Source: an uncultured Acidobacteriota bacterium
GTDB taxonomy: Bacteria; Acidobacteriota; UBA6911
Direction: 5' to 3'
Length of the DNA stretch: 64,000 bases
NCBI GenBank assembly: GCA_963843575.1
Contig: CAWJKZ010000010.1
Span: forward strand, 320,001-384,000
Shown here: piece by piece, positions 32,566 through 42,478 of the stretch
Numbering within the stretch: position 1 is the first letter of the stretch
Layout: every line of letters begins with the position of its first letter
The notes under the pieces: generated by a model
What the model was told of the DNA's origin: nothing
The model's database searches: none
Seen by the model: only the letters and a program-made list of their open reading frames with translations
Position numbers and translations under genes: made by a program

Positions 32566-32894
32566 TACCGGATCCGCAGCGCTCCCGCGTCCTCTTTCAG
32601 CAACTTATTGAACTCCAAAACACTCAATTCCTGCACCTTCTCCAACTGCTGGGAAAGCGCGAAGAGCCTCTCGAGTCTGGGCGGGCCGTCGGGAACAGCC
32701 GCGAGCCAGACGTCGAAGCACGATCGGACCTCCGTTGGTTCCACCTTGCCGGCTGTCTTTTGAACGAGGGTTTCTTCCACAACGTACGCGACCAGCGCGG
32801 GAGAGTGGCGGTGTAGCTCGGCGTAGCTTGCGAGTGCGAGAGTCGCCAGCAACCCCAGAACCAACAGGCGCTTGTTCAACACCATCCTCTTCAA
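32565..32894 (-). CDS. Hypothetical exported or membrane-anchored protein
   Basis: 109-aa ORF with a hydrophobic N-terminus, co-oriented with and abutting the sigma gene. Confidence 0.5.
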   Translation of the reverse strand: MKRMVLNKRLLVLGLLATLALASYAELHRHSPALVAYVVEETLVQKTAGKVEPTEVRSCFDVWLAAVPDGPPRLERLFALSQQLEKVQELSVLEFNKLLKEDAGALRIR

Positions 32895-32965
32895 GATATT
32901 TTACAGCGGAGCGACCACTGTTACATCAGAATCGAGTATATCAAAATCGGGCCCGGAAGCGACTG

Positions 32966-32974
32966 TGCTATAAT
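32966..32974 (+). promoter_or_regulatory. Extended -10 promoter for the RDD gene
   Basis: TGCTATAAT. Confidence 0.55.
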
Positions 32975-33060
32975 CGACCCGCACTCGAGAAAAAATGGCG
33001 GGAGGGGTTTGGCAGCCGGCCAGCCGTGCCATACTCCGACGGTGCATGAGAAGTTAGCCG

Positions 33061-34149
33061 ATGACAGCCGCAAGACTCTGCCCAAATTGCAGTAACAGCC
33101 AGATCGAGGACGCGGGCAACTGCCCCGCGTGCGGTTTTCAGGCGCCTTCCGAAGCCGTTCCGCCCGAAACGCCGGAACCGCCCGAGCACAAGGCGATCGC
33201 GGGACTGATCGAGATGGACTACTCGGTTGCGGAGGACGTCAAGGCGGAGATCCCGCCCTGGCGCGTCGAGTTGTCCAAGCGGCTTCAGGAAATCAAGAAC
33301 AAAAGGGAATCGGCGCCCGCGGCGGCCCAGGCCACGGATCCGGAGGGCGCAACACTGCCGTCGGCGCCTTCGGCCCCGCAGCAGCTCGACGGCAGCAGGA
33401 ACGGAGAGGCGGAGCCTGCACCTTCCCGGGCCCAGGCGCTTCCCGAGAGGAAATCCCGGCGGATGCCCCGCACGCCCAGGCCGGTCCCCAAACTGGATGC
33501 ACCGCGGTCGGAGCCACCGGAGCAGCCGTTGCCCCTGTTTCGACCCTCCCCTCCAAATCCCGTTGTCGGGAAACCGCCTTCCGGGGAGTCGCAGACGCCC
33601 CCGGCGCAGGCCGACGCGATCCAGGACATGATCGACCGGGCTGTGGCGCGGCAGACTTCACCCTCGGCTGCGGAGGATGTCCGCCCGGTTTTCCAGGGGT
33701 CGGCCTCACTGGTTTCGACGGCCGCGGCCGCTCCGTCGCGCTGGGTACTCCTGTCGCGCACCCTGGCAGGTCTGGTGGACCTCATCATCACCGTCTTTTG
33801 CACTGCGGCGATGATCATCGCCGCCGACGCGTTTGCCGGCGTCGAGATACTGGACGCCTTCAGCTTGGTCGACTATGGCGCGCTTCTGGTCGCCACGTTC
33901 CTGATCTACTCGGTGTTCTTCCTCATCACCGCCAACCAGACCATCGGGATGATGATCACCGACCTGCGTGTCGTCGACGAAGCCGAGGGGAGGCCCGAGG
34001 CACGGCAGATCCTGCTGCGCTGCGGGTTTTACCTTCTGTCGCTGGCTGCCGCGGGCCTCGGGCTTCTCTGGGGGTGCTTCGACCGCCAGGCAAAGTGCCT
34101 CCACGACCGGCTCTCAGGCACGAAAGTCGTTCGTCTTGCCATCTCGTGA
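33061..34149 (+). CDS. RDD-family protein with N-terminal zinc ribbon and Pro-rich linker
   Basis: CPNC..CPAC; RTLAGLVD; QTIGMMITDLRVV; LHDRLSGTKVV. Confidence 0.85.
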   Translation: MTAARLCPNCSNSQIEDAGNCPACGFQAPSEAVPPETPEPPEHKAIAGLIEMDYSVAEDVKAEIPPWRVELSKRLQEIKNKRESAPAAAQATDPEGATLPSAPSAPQQLDGSRNGEAEPAPSRAQALPERKSRRMPRTPRPVPKLDAPRSEPPEQPLPLFRPSPPNPVVGKPPSGESQTPPAQADAIQDMIDRAVARQTSPSAAEDVRPVFQGSASLVSTAAAAPSRWVLLSRTLAGLVDLIITVFCTAAMIIAADAFAGVEILDAFSLVDYGALLVATFLIYSVFFLITANQTIGMMITDLRVVDEAEGRPEARQILLRCGFYLLSLAAAGLGLLWGCFDRQAKCLHDRLSGTKVVRLAIS

Positions 34150-34153
34150 CTGC

Positions 34154-35442
34154 TCAGAACCCCCTGACGCTCGCAGCCAGGGACTCCGGCAGCCGGTTGA
34201 TTAACCGCACCGTGCCGCCGCTTTTTTCCACCGCGCAGTACTCGCCCGCATCGACCAGCGCGAAGGCGTCGGGGAGTTCCTTGACCACCGGCGCCTTCGG
34301 GTGGCGCAGCCGTAGCCACTCTCTCGCGGCGGACTGAAATTCCGCCGCATCTTCCGGCGAATCCCAGACGGTGCGACAGAAAGGCCGCGCTCTTGCCGGT
34401 GCCGTCCTCGACGAGTTGGATTTCGTCGCCGTCCCAACCTGCGGAGGCCGCCCGCGCCCGATCGTCGGAGAGCTGGAGCTTAAGGAAGCAGATAGAGCGA
34501 GAATTCGCCCAGAACATTCTTGTAGGTCGTCTTCCAGGTTCCACCCAATGCCGCGGAGGGATCCGGACCGGTCAGGAGTCTGGGGATCGTCCCGGGAGGA
34601 CAGGTACTTGTCCGGGTGAATGATCTGCTCGGTCGAGGACGGCAGGTCGGAGTAGATCTTGTCGACGGCGCTCCAGGGCTGCGAGCGTACGGACCTTCTG
34701 CAGGAACGAGGAGCCGTAGCCGTAAGGGAAAAGAAGCGTTTCCTTCAGGTACATCGGCGCATTCTTGAAGACTTCGAACTCCGAATCCATCGCCGCAAAT
34801 TGCGACCGCATGGCCGTGACCAGGTCGGGCAACTGCGAGAAATTCCGTCCCAGCGGGCTCGAGCATGGAATCCATCATCACCGCCATGGCGTCCCCTTCG
34901 AAGATCGCCTGGTGGGCCAGTATGCTGTCGTCGTCTTGCTTCTTCAGGTCCTGTCTTGATCACCGCGTTCAGGTCGAAAGTATTGATCCTGCAGGGCGTG
35001 CGTCAGTTCGTGGACCATCACGGGCCGCTGCTGTTCGATCGGCAGCCAGCCCGCAATGAAGAACGTCTTCCGGTCCGGGTCGTAATAGCCGCCCACCTGC
35101 TCGGTCAGCAGTTTCATCACGAGGTCCCGGTAGTCGCTCTCGTCCGGGATCAGGCCGAGCGACTTGAGCATTCGACCTTCGACCTGCAGCTGCTGTTCGC
35201 CGTAGTTCTCCCGCACGTGCCGGTTCAGGTATTCGGAGATTTCCGCGCGGCTCTTGACCCCTTTCTGTATCGGCTGCTTCGGACTCAGGCCGCGCAGCCG
35301 GGCGACCTGCTCGATGATGGCGTCGGCGGTCTTCAGCAGCGTCCGAAGGGGGCTCCTGCGGAAGCGCCCAAACCCCAGACACACAGAGCGCAGCGGCGAA
35401 GCGGAAACAACAGGCGAACATCCGATACTTCCACTTGCACAC
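34154..35442 (-). CDS. Exported gluzincin-like (HExxH) protein, several apparent frameshifts
   Basis: VARLRGL, VGGYYDP, VMVHELTHALQDQYF, AIFEGDA, LLFPYGYG, PSSTEQIIHP, NVLGEF, AGWDGD across adjacent frames. Confidence 0.7.
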
Positions 35443-35749
35443 GGGACCTGCTTTCTGCGATGCCGGGGTCAGGTCCTGATGACCGTCTCATCCTGCCGAT
35501 ACAGGGAGCCGGGCTTACCGCCGAGAGTCGTCGGCCGACGGCCTCAAACTCCGGCGCTGCCAGTGTAGTGTCTCGCGGAGGAGCCGTCAATGGCCCGCCC
35601 GCCAATCCCGCCTGCAGGAAAGGGCCAAATATCAACATTGCAATTGTTTGCACACGATCTTGCCCGAGTCCGGACGGCCATTGATTTTCAACTGTACGGG
35701 ATGCTAGAGTGATTGGCCTGCAATTTGCACCGGGGGATACGAAACGACG

Positions 35750-36103
35750 ATGGACGTTATCATTCCTTTGATCGCGATGGCTATCCTGGTCGGCGGAATC
35801 GCCGCCGCATTCATCGCCGCATCTGCGTTCCTGGGACCGAGGAAGCGCGGCGCGGTCAAGGACAGCCCTTTCGAGTGCGGGATACCCTCGGAGGGTCTCG
35901 ATCGCAAACCGGTTCCGGTGCGGTTCTACATGATGGCGTTGCTTTTTATCCTGTTCGACGTCGAGCTGGCGTTCCTGTTCCCATGGGCGGTGGTGTTCAG
36001 GGACCTCGGCTGGTCCGGCCTTATTCAAATGCTGGTCTTTTTTGTGGTTGTGGGTGTGGGATTCGTCTACGCATGGAAGATCGGCGCACTGGAATGGGAC
36101 TAG
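35750..36103 (+). CDS. nuoA: NADH-quinone oxidoreductase subunit A
   Basis: PFECG, RFYMMALLFILFDVELAFLFPWA, GALEWD. Confidence 0.96.
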   Translation: MDVIIPLIAMAILVGGIAAAFIAASAFLGPRKRGAVKDSPFECGIPSEGLDRKPVPVRFYMMALLFILFDVELAFLFPWAVVFRDLGWSGLIQMLVFFVVVGVGFVYAWKIGALEWD

Positions 36104-36605
36104 AAACCGGCTCCGAACAGACGCTGCGCTGCCTCGCAAGACGCTCGAGTTGTTGCGCACGGACTTTGCCGGCGGTGTCGTGGAGTTGTCGGCGCCGCAG
36201 GGCGACGACACGGCGATCGTGCTGCCGGGGACACTGGTGGGCGTCATGGAGTTCCTGGCCCACGATCCCAGGCTGCAGTTTGACGTCCTCATGGACCTGA
36301 CCGCAGTGGACTACCTGGGCCGCAAACCCAGGTTCGACCTCGTCTATCACCTGGTCTCCACCGCCAATCGGCTCCGGCTGCGGGTCAAGGTGCGGGTCGA
36401 GGACGGAGAAGCCGTGGACTCGCTCGTCCCGATCTGGCGTTCGGCCAACTGGCTCGAGCGCGAGGTCTGGGACATGTACGGCATCAGGTTTACGGGGCAC
36501 CCCGATCTCAAGCGCATCCTGCTGTACGAAGAGTTCCAGGGGCACCCGCTGCGCAAGGACTATCCGATTCGCAAGCGCCAGCCTCTGATCGGGCCGAAAA
36601 ACTGA
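36094..36605 (+). CDS. nuoC: NADH-quinone oxidoreductase subunit C; start unclear
   Basis: DLTAVDY, RFDLVYHL, ANWLEREVWDMYGIRFTGHPDLKRIL, GHPLRKDYP. ATG 36094 is out of frame with the body. Confidence 0.9.
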
Positions 36606-36612
36606 GGTCGCC

Positions 36613-38226
36613 GTGTCTGAGAAAGAATTGGTCACCCTGACGATCGACGGGCAAACCGTCCGCGCGCCAAAGGGCACGTCGATCATAGATGCGGCCAAGG
36701 CCTCCGGAATCGAGATCCCGTATTACTGCTATCACCCCGGCCTCTCGGTGGTGGGCAACTGCCGGATGTGCCTGGTCGAGATCGAGAAGAACCCCAAACT
36801 ACAGCCGTCGTGCGCCACGCCTGTGGGCGAAGGGATGGTGGTGCGCACCAGGACTCCCGAAACGCTGCGCAACCGGCAAACCGTGCTGGAGTTTCTGCTC
36901 TTGAACCACCCGCTCGACTGCCCGGTGTGCGACCAGGCAGGCGAGTGCGAGCTGCAGAACTACTACATGGACCACGGCGCCTACGACCCGCGGTTCAACG
37001 AGAACAAGACTAAGCGAAAGAAAGCGTTCCCTATCGGTCCCCACGTGATGCTCGATCAGGAGCGCTGCATCCTGTGCACGCGCTGCGTCCGTTTCACGCG
37101 GGAGATCTCGAAGACCGGCGAGTTGGCCGTCCACGACCGCGGCCATCTCAGCGAAATCGACATTTTCCCCGGAGCGGAGCTCGCCAATCCCTACTCGGGC
37201 AACGTGGTCGATATCTGCCCGGTCGGCGCGCTGACCGACCGCGATTTCCGGTTTCAGTGCCGCGTCTGGTTTCTCGGCCGCACCCCGTCGGTCTGTCCCG
37301 GTTGCAGCCGGGGCTGCACTATCGAGATCCACTACAACGAGCGGTTCAACCCGCGCTACCACGACAAGCGGGTGCAGAGGCTGAAGCCGCGCCACAATCC
37401 CGACGTGAACGGCTTCTGGATGTGCGACGAGGGAAGATACTCCTATCACTCTATCGATGCCTCCACGCGTCTGAAGGCTCCCCGGTTGAAGCGCGGGGAG
37501 GAATGGCAGGAGGTGCCATGGGATCAGGCGATCCGCGCGGCGGCAGGAGCGCTCTCCAGCGCCCTGGAAGCCGGGGGACCGGACTCGGTCGCGGTGCTTG
37601 CGTCGCCCCAGATGACCAACGAGGAACTTTATCGATTGCGGCACCTCTTTGCGGGCTCGTTGGGCGTCAGGCGCATCGGGTTCCGCGCCCCCTCACGTGT
37701 CCCGGTCTATTCGGATGATTTCCTGATCACGGCGGACAAGAATCCGAACACGCGCGGCGCCGAGGCGCTTGGGCTGGACGGAGACAGCGCCGAGCAGGTG
37801 CTTGTCGCCTGCGCCGAGGGGAAGATCCGCTTCCTGTACGTCTGCCACCACGACCTTACCCTGGGCTTCGATCCCGGTGCGGTCGCGGAGGCGCTGGGGC
37901 GCGTCGGGTTTGTCGCCTTCCAGGGCCCGCACGGGCAGGCGACGGCCGCCATGGCGCAAGTGCAGTTCCCCGCGGCCGTCTACGCGGAGATCGAGGGCAC
38001 GTTCACGAACGTCCAGGGGCGCGTGCAGCGTATCAGCGCGGCCGTCCCGCCGCTCGGCGAGTCTCTGCCCGGTCTTGAAATCCTCGCCCGTCTGGCGGGG
38101 GAACTCGGCATTTCCCTTCCAGGCACCGGGGCGCGGGATGTCTTCGAGGAAATCGGCAAAGAAATCGGGGCCTTTGCGGGAATGACGTACGAGTCCCTGG
38201 GCGAAACCGGCCGGATGCTTGGATAA
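36613..38226 (+). CDS. nuoG: NADH-quinone oxidoreductase subunit G (short, 537 aa)
   Basis: IPYYCYHPGL..GNCRMC, NHPLDCPVCDQAGEC, RCILCTRC, DICPVGAL, CPGCSRGC...WMCDEGR. Confidence 0.9.
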   Translation: MSEKELVTLTIDGQTVRAPKGTSIIDAAKASGIEIPYYCYHPGLSVVGNCRMCLVEIEKNPKLQPSCATPVGEGMVVRTRTPETLRNRQTVLEFLLLNHPLDCPVCDQAGECELQNYYMDHGAYDPRFNENKTKRKKAFPIGPHVMLDQERCILCTRCVRFTREISKTGELAVHDRGHLSEIDIFPGAELANPYSGNVVDICPVGALTDRDFRFQCRVWFLGRTPSVCPGCSRGCTIEIHYNERFNPRYHDKRVQRLKPRHNPDVNGFWMCDEGRYSYHSIDASTRLKAPRLKRGEEWQEVPWDQAIRAAAGALSSALEAGGPDSVAVLASPQMTNEELYRLRHLFAGSLGVRRIGFRAPSRVPVYSDDFLITADKNPNTRGAEALGLDGDSAEQVLVACAEGKIRFLYVCHHDLTLGFDPGAVAEALGRVGFVAFQGPHGQATAAMAQVQFPAAVYAEIEGTFTNVQGRVQRISAAVPPLGESLPGLEILARLAGELGISLPGTGARDVFEEIGKEIGAFAGMTYESLGETGRMLG

Positions 38227-38238
38227 AGCGACGATACC

Positions 38239-39324
38239 ATGTGGATCGACCTGCTGATCGCGTTCGTCAAAGCCTTCGTTTTCGTCAACTGCGTCCTGAT
38301 CCTGACCTCGCTGCTCACCTGGATGGAGCGCAAACAGTCGGCGGTTATGCAGGATCGGCTCGGCGCCAACCGGGCGTCTATCCTGGGTGTGCGCGCCTGG
38401 GGCCTGCCGCACATTCTTGCCGACGCCCTGAAGATGTTCTTCAAGGAAGACTACGTCCCGCCCGGGGGCGACAGGCTGCTCCACACGCTCGCGCCGTTCA
38501 CCGCGCTGTTCTTCGCCCTGATGAGCTTCGCAGCGATTCCCTTCGGGGACGCCATAAACCTGTTCGGCAGGAGAATCGAGCTGCAGGTGCTCCCGCTGAA
38601 CGTAGGCGTGCTGTTCGTGCTCGCGATGATGTCGATGGGGATCTACGGGACGTTTCTCGCAGGCTTCTCCTCCAACAACAAGTACGCGTTCCTGGGCGGG
38701 CTGCGCGCGTCGAGCCAGATGATCAGCTACGAGATCACCATGGGGGCGACCCTGGTCGGGCGTTCTGATGATCTTCGGCACGCTCGATCTGGCCCAGCTC
38801 AACCGCGCGCAGGGAGAGTTGCTCTGGGGCTGGCTGCCCAAGTGGGGGATCTTCCTACAGCCGCTAGGGTTCCTGCTCTTCCTCACCGCAGGCATGGCGG
38901 AAACTAAACGGGTTCCGTTCGACCTGCCCGAAGGGGAATCGGAGATCATCGGCTATTTCCTCGAGTACAGCAGCATGAAGTTCGGGGCGTTTTTCATGAC
39001 CGATTTCGTGGAGACGATCCTGATCGCGGCCCTGATCGCCACGCTGTTTTTCGGCGGCTGGCAGGTCCCCTACCTGCAGTCCGGACGGCTTCCATTTCCC
39101 GTGGGGTCGCGATCGCAGCCGTCGCTCCGCTGCTGGTGATGCTCCTGCAGGTGGCCGCGTTTGCCCTGAAGGTCGTCTTCTTCTGCTGGTTCCTCCTGCT
39201 GATCCGTTGGACACTGCCGCGCTTCCGTTACGACCAGCTGATGCGCCTGGGCTGGAAGATCCTGCTGCCGCTCTCGATCGCGAACATTTTCGTGACCGGC
39301 TTTGTCCTCGTCCTATTGAATTGA
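38239..39324 (+). CDS. nuoH: NADH-quinone oxidoreductase subunit H (frameshifts near 38762 and 39085-39130)
   Basis: [66 protein letters not shown]. Confidence 0.92.
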
Positions 39325-39398
39325 GGTGAGCGACGCCACCCTGACCCGCGGGCGCTGCTCCGCGTTCCCGGCTCCTCACGGCTTCGGGGAGCAACGCC

Positions 39399-42300
39399 TC
39401 ACTTCGCCAGCACTTCGAAGCTCCCCCTGAGCCGTATATCCTTCGATGAATGTCCGATCAGCACATCGAAGGTTCCCGGTTCGACCACCCACTTGAGCCC
39501 ACGGTCGAGCACCGCCAGTTCCTCGGGCCCGAGTGTAAAGCGGACGGTGCGCGATCTCCCCCGGGGCGAGGGAGATCCGTTCGAAGCCTCTCAACTGGAG
39601 CACCGGCGTCGTCACCGACGCGATCACGTCGCGCACGTAGAGCTGGACGACTTCGTCGCCCCGGACCTTCCCGGTGTTGCGCACGTCCAGCCGTACGGAC
39701 GTCGTTTCCGTCCGGGCCAATCGTCCGGTCGTCGATCGCGAGGTTGCTGTAAACGAAATCGGTGTAGCTCAGGCCATGTCCGAATTCGTACAGCGGTTCG
39801 GGGTTCAGGTCGGCGTACGGCTTGCCCCAGGCGTGCTGCAGCCAGTAGGCCTTCGAAGGCTTGTAGTTGTAGTAGAACGGATACTGACCGACGTGGCGCG
39901 GGATCGTGATCGGCAGCCGGCCGCCGGGGTTGTAGTCGCCGAACAGGACGTCGGCGACGGCCTCGCCCGCCGCGTTCGCCGCACATCCAGGGCTCGAGGA
40001 TCGCGGGGATCTTCTCGGCGATCCAGCGGATTGCCAGCGGCCTGCCGTTGAGCAGGACCACGACGGTCGGGGTTCCGGTCCCGTACACGGCTTTGACGAG
40101 ATCCTCCTGCATCCCGGTCAACTCGAGCGTGGCGACGTCGTAACCTTCGCCGTCGGTCCCCTGTTTCTGAGGCCGGTTCCATTCGTTTTCGCCCAGGACG
40201 ACGATGGCGACCTCCGCACTCTTCGCGGCGGCGCGGGCCTGCGCGATCTCGTCCAGGCCGGTGCCGACCACGTCGCACCCCCGCACGTGGGTGACCTTGG
40301 CGCCGGCGGACCTTGGCCCGGATCCCGTCGAGGACGGTCACGATTTTCTGCAGGATGGCCTGCGAGGTGTAGTCGCCGAGCTGGTTGCGGGCGTCGTCCG
40401 CGTTGGGGCCTATGACCGCGATCGATTTCAGGTTCTTGCGCAGGGGCAGGAGCTTCCCGTCGTTCTTGAGCAGCACGATTCCTTCGCGGGCCGCCCGCAG
40501 GGCCAGATCGGCGTGGGCCGGGGCGTGCACCGTCCGGGCGGCGGCTTCGGGGTTCACGTAGGGGTTGTCGAACAGCCCGAGCCGGATTTCTGCGTCAGGA
40601 TCCGGCGGACGGCGCGGTCGACCAGGTCCATCGGGACATTCCCTTCCCTGACGTTGTCTGCCAGCAGCTGCATGAAAGCCTTCTCGTAGGAAATCCCGAC
40701 GTCGAGCCCCGCCTTGAGTGCGAGCGCGCCGGCGACCTTTTCGTTGGCGGCGATCCCCTCGTAGAGCAGGGTCGACAGCCCGCCCCCTTCGCTGAGCACG
40801 AGTCCCTGGAAGCCGAGTTCCTCGCGCAGGATTCGGGTCAGGATCTCCTCGGAGCCGTGCACGGGAACGCCGTCGATGGCCGGATAGGTGGCCATGACGC
40901 CCAGCCCGTCGCCCTTTGCGGATCCCGGCGACCCACGGGGGGAGGAACACCTCGCGCAGCATTCGGGGCGAGATTTCCATAGCGCCCCGTTCGAGGCCGC
41001 TCGTCGGCTGGCTCTGACCCGGGTAGTGGCAGAACCCGGCGACCGCCTTGTCGGGCGCACGTACGTCGTCGCCCTGAACACCGGCGGCAATGGCGTCCGG
41101 CGATGCGGGCGCACAGGAACGGGTCTTCGCTGTAGCCTTCCTGGTTGCGCCCCAGCCTCGGGTCGCGGTTCGGCTCGATCACGAGGGTAAACAGCTGGTG
41201 GATGCCGACCGCACGCGCTTCCCTGGCGGCGACGGCGTAGACCTCCTCGAGCAGCGCGGGATCCCAGGTGCTGCCGAGCGCCAGGCCCTCCGGGAAGATG
41301 GTCGCGCCGGAGCACATAAGCCCGTGCGTCCCCTCCTCCGTCTGGAGGAGCGGGATCTTCAGGCGGGTCTTTTCAAGGGCGATCTTCTGGAGGGAGTTGA
41401 AATACTCGGCCTGCTGCCGGGGGCCCTCGAGGAGGATCGTGTTGGCGAGGGTGAAAAAACCTCCCCCGGGCCCGACGCCCGGTTCGTACGTCCCCTCGGC
41501 GAATCTCCTGCACGCTTCGGTCTTGTCCGCGAGGTCCTTGCCGAGCCGCTCTTCATAGACGCACGGCATGTTCATCTGGCCGATTTTTTCCTCCAGCGTC
41601 ATCTGTTGCAGCAGGCGCTCGATTGCCGGATCCGCGGCGGCACCGGCGGCCTCGCCGCGCTCCCGGGCGATGTGTGCGGCCACGGCGTGAAACGTGTCGA
41701 TCCAGAGGCCGTGCGCCGGATCCTGTGCGTAGCGACACAGCTCACGGAGCATGGAGAGCTGCGTCGTCTGGCGCTGATCGGAGTCGCCGATCTCGTGGCC
41801 GGCCAGCACCAGCCAGGAGCCGCGTTCCACCGCCTCGTCCAGGAGCCCGCGGACCCGGTCGAAGCCCTTGTTGTCGCTTTCCACGGCGAGCACCTGGGCG
41901 AGGTCGCAGAATGACGGGTCGTTGGAGGCCTCGTCCAGCCACCCACGCCCGGCCAAAAACAGCTCGGCGACCAGCGGGACGTAGCTCTGCAGGCTCTTTC
42001 CCCGGCCCGTGAATTTTTGGCCGCAGGGATAGGCGAAGGTGGCCGGCACGATCCCGACGAGCTGCTGCACGGCGGCGTTGGCCTGCACGAGCTCGGCGCG
42101 CATCCGCTCCGGCGTGAAATCCTCCAGGGCCCGATCCCTCGACCACGGGAAATTTCCGCTGCACGGGTGAGTCATGGAATGGTTGGCGATCTCGTGACCG
42201 GCCGCGGCGGCGCGCTTCCAGGCGTCCACCCTCTCGCCCATGCTCGAGGGCGACACGAAGAACGTGGCCTTCACGCCGAACTGGTCCAACAACGGCACAC

Positions 42301-42478
42301 CCGCGTCGACCTGGCTCCGCCGGGCGTCGTCGAACGTCAGGGTGACCGCGGCCCGCTTCCCCTGGGGCCAGCGAAACTTCGCGCCGGCAGGCGCACTCGA
42401 TTCGTACTGCCCCGCCCCGTTTATCGAAAGGAAGACCGTCAGTGCTGCCGCTGCGGAGAATGCCTTGAGCGATGTCAT
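39399..42478 (-). CDS. Secreted polysaccharide deacetylase (CE4)-GH3 glycosidase fusion; GH3 part has many apparent frameshifts
   Basis: Signal peptide, LTFDD, HEIANHSMTH, FAYPCG, then in the same frame MTLEEKIGQ, EEGTHG, RDPRLGRNQEGYSEDP, REELGFQG, IVLLKN, VIGPNAD, PLYEFGHGLSYT and Fn3-like EVVQLYVRD. Confidence 0.85.

Noticed and set aside
36094-36130. MGLE... reading as a nuoB 5' remnant
   Set aside because: ATGGGACTAG arises automatically from the nuoA ending EWD-stop, and no further NuoB similarity is visible.
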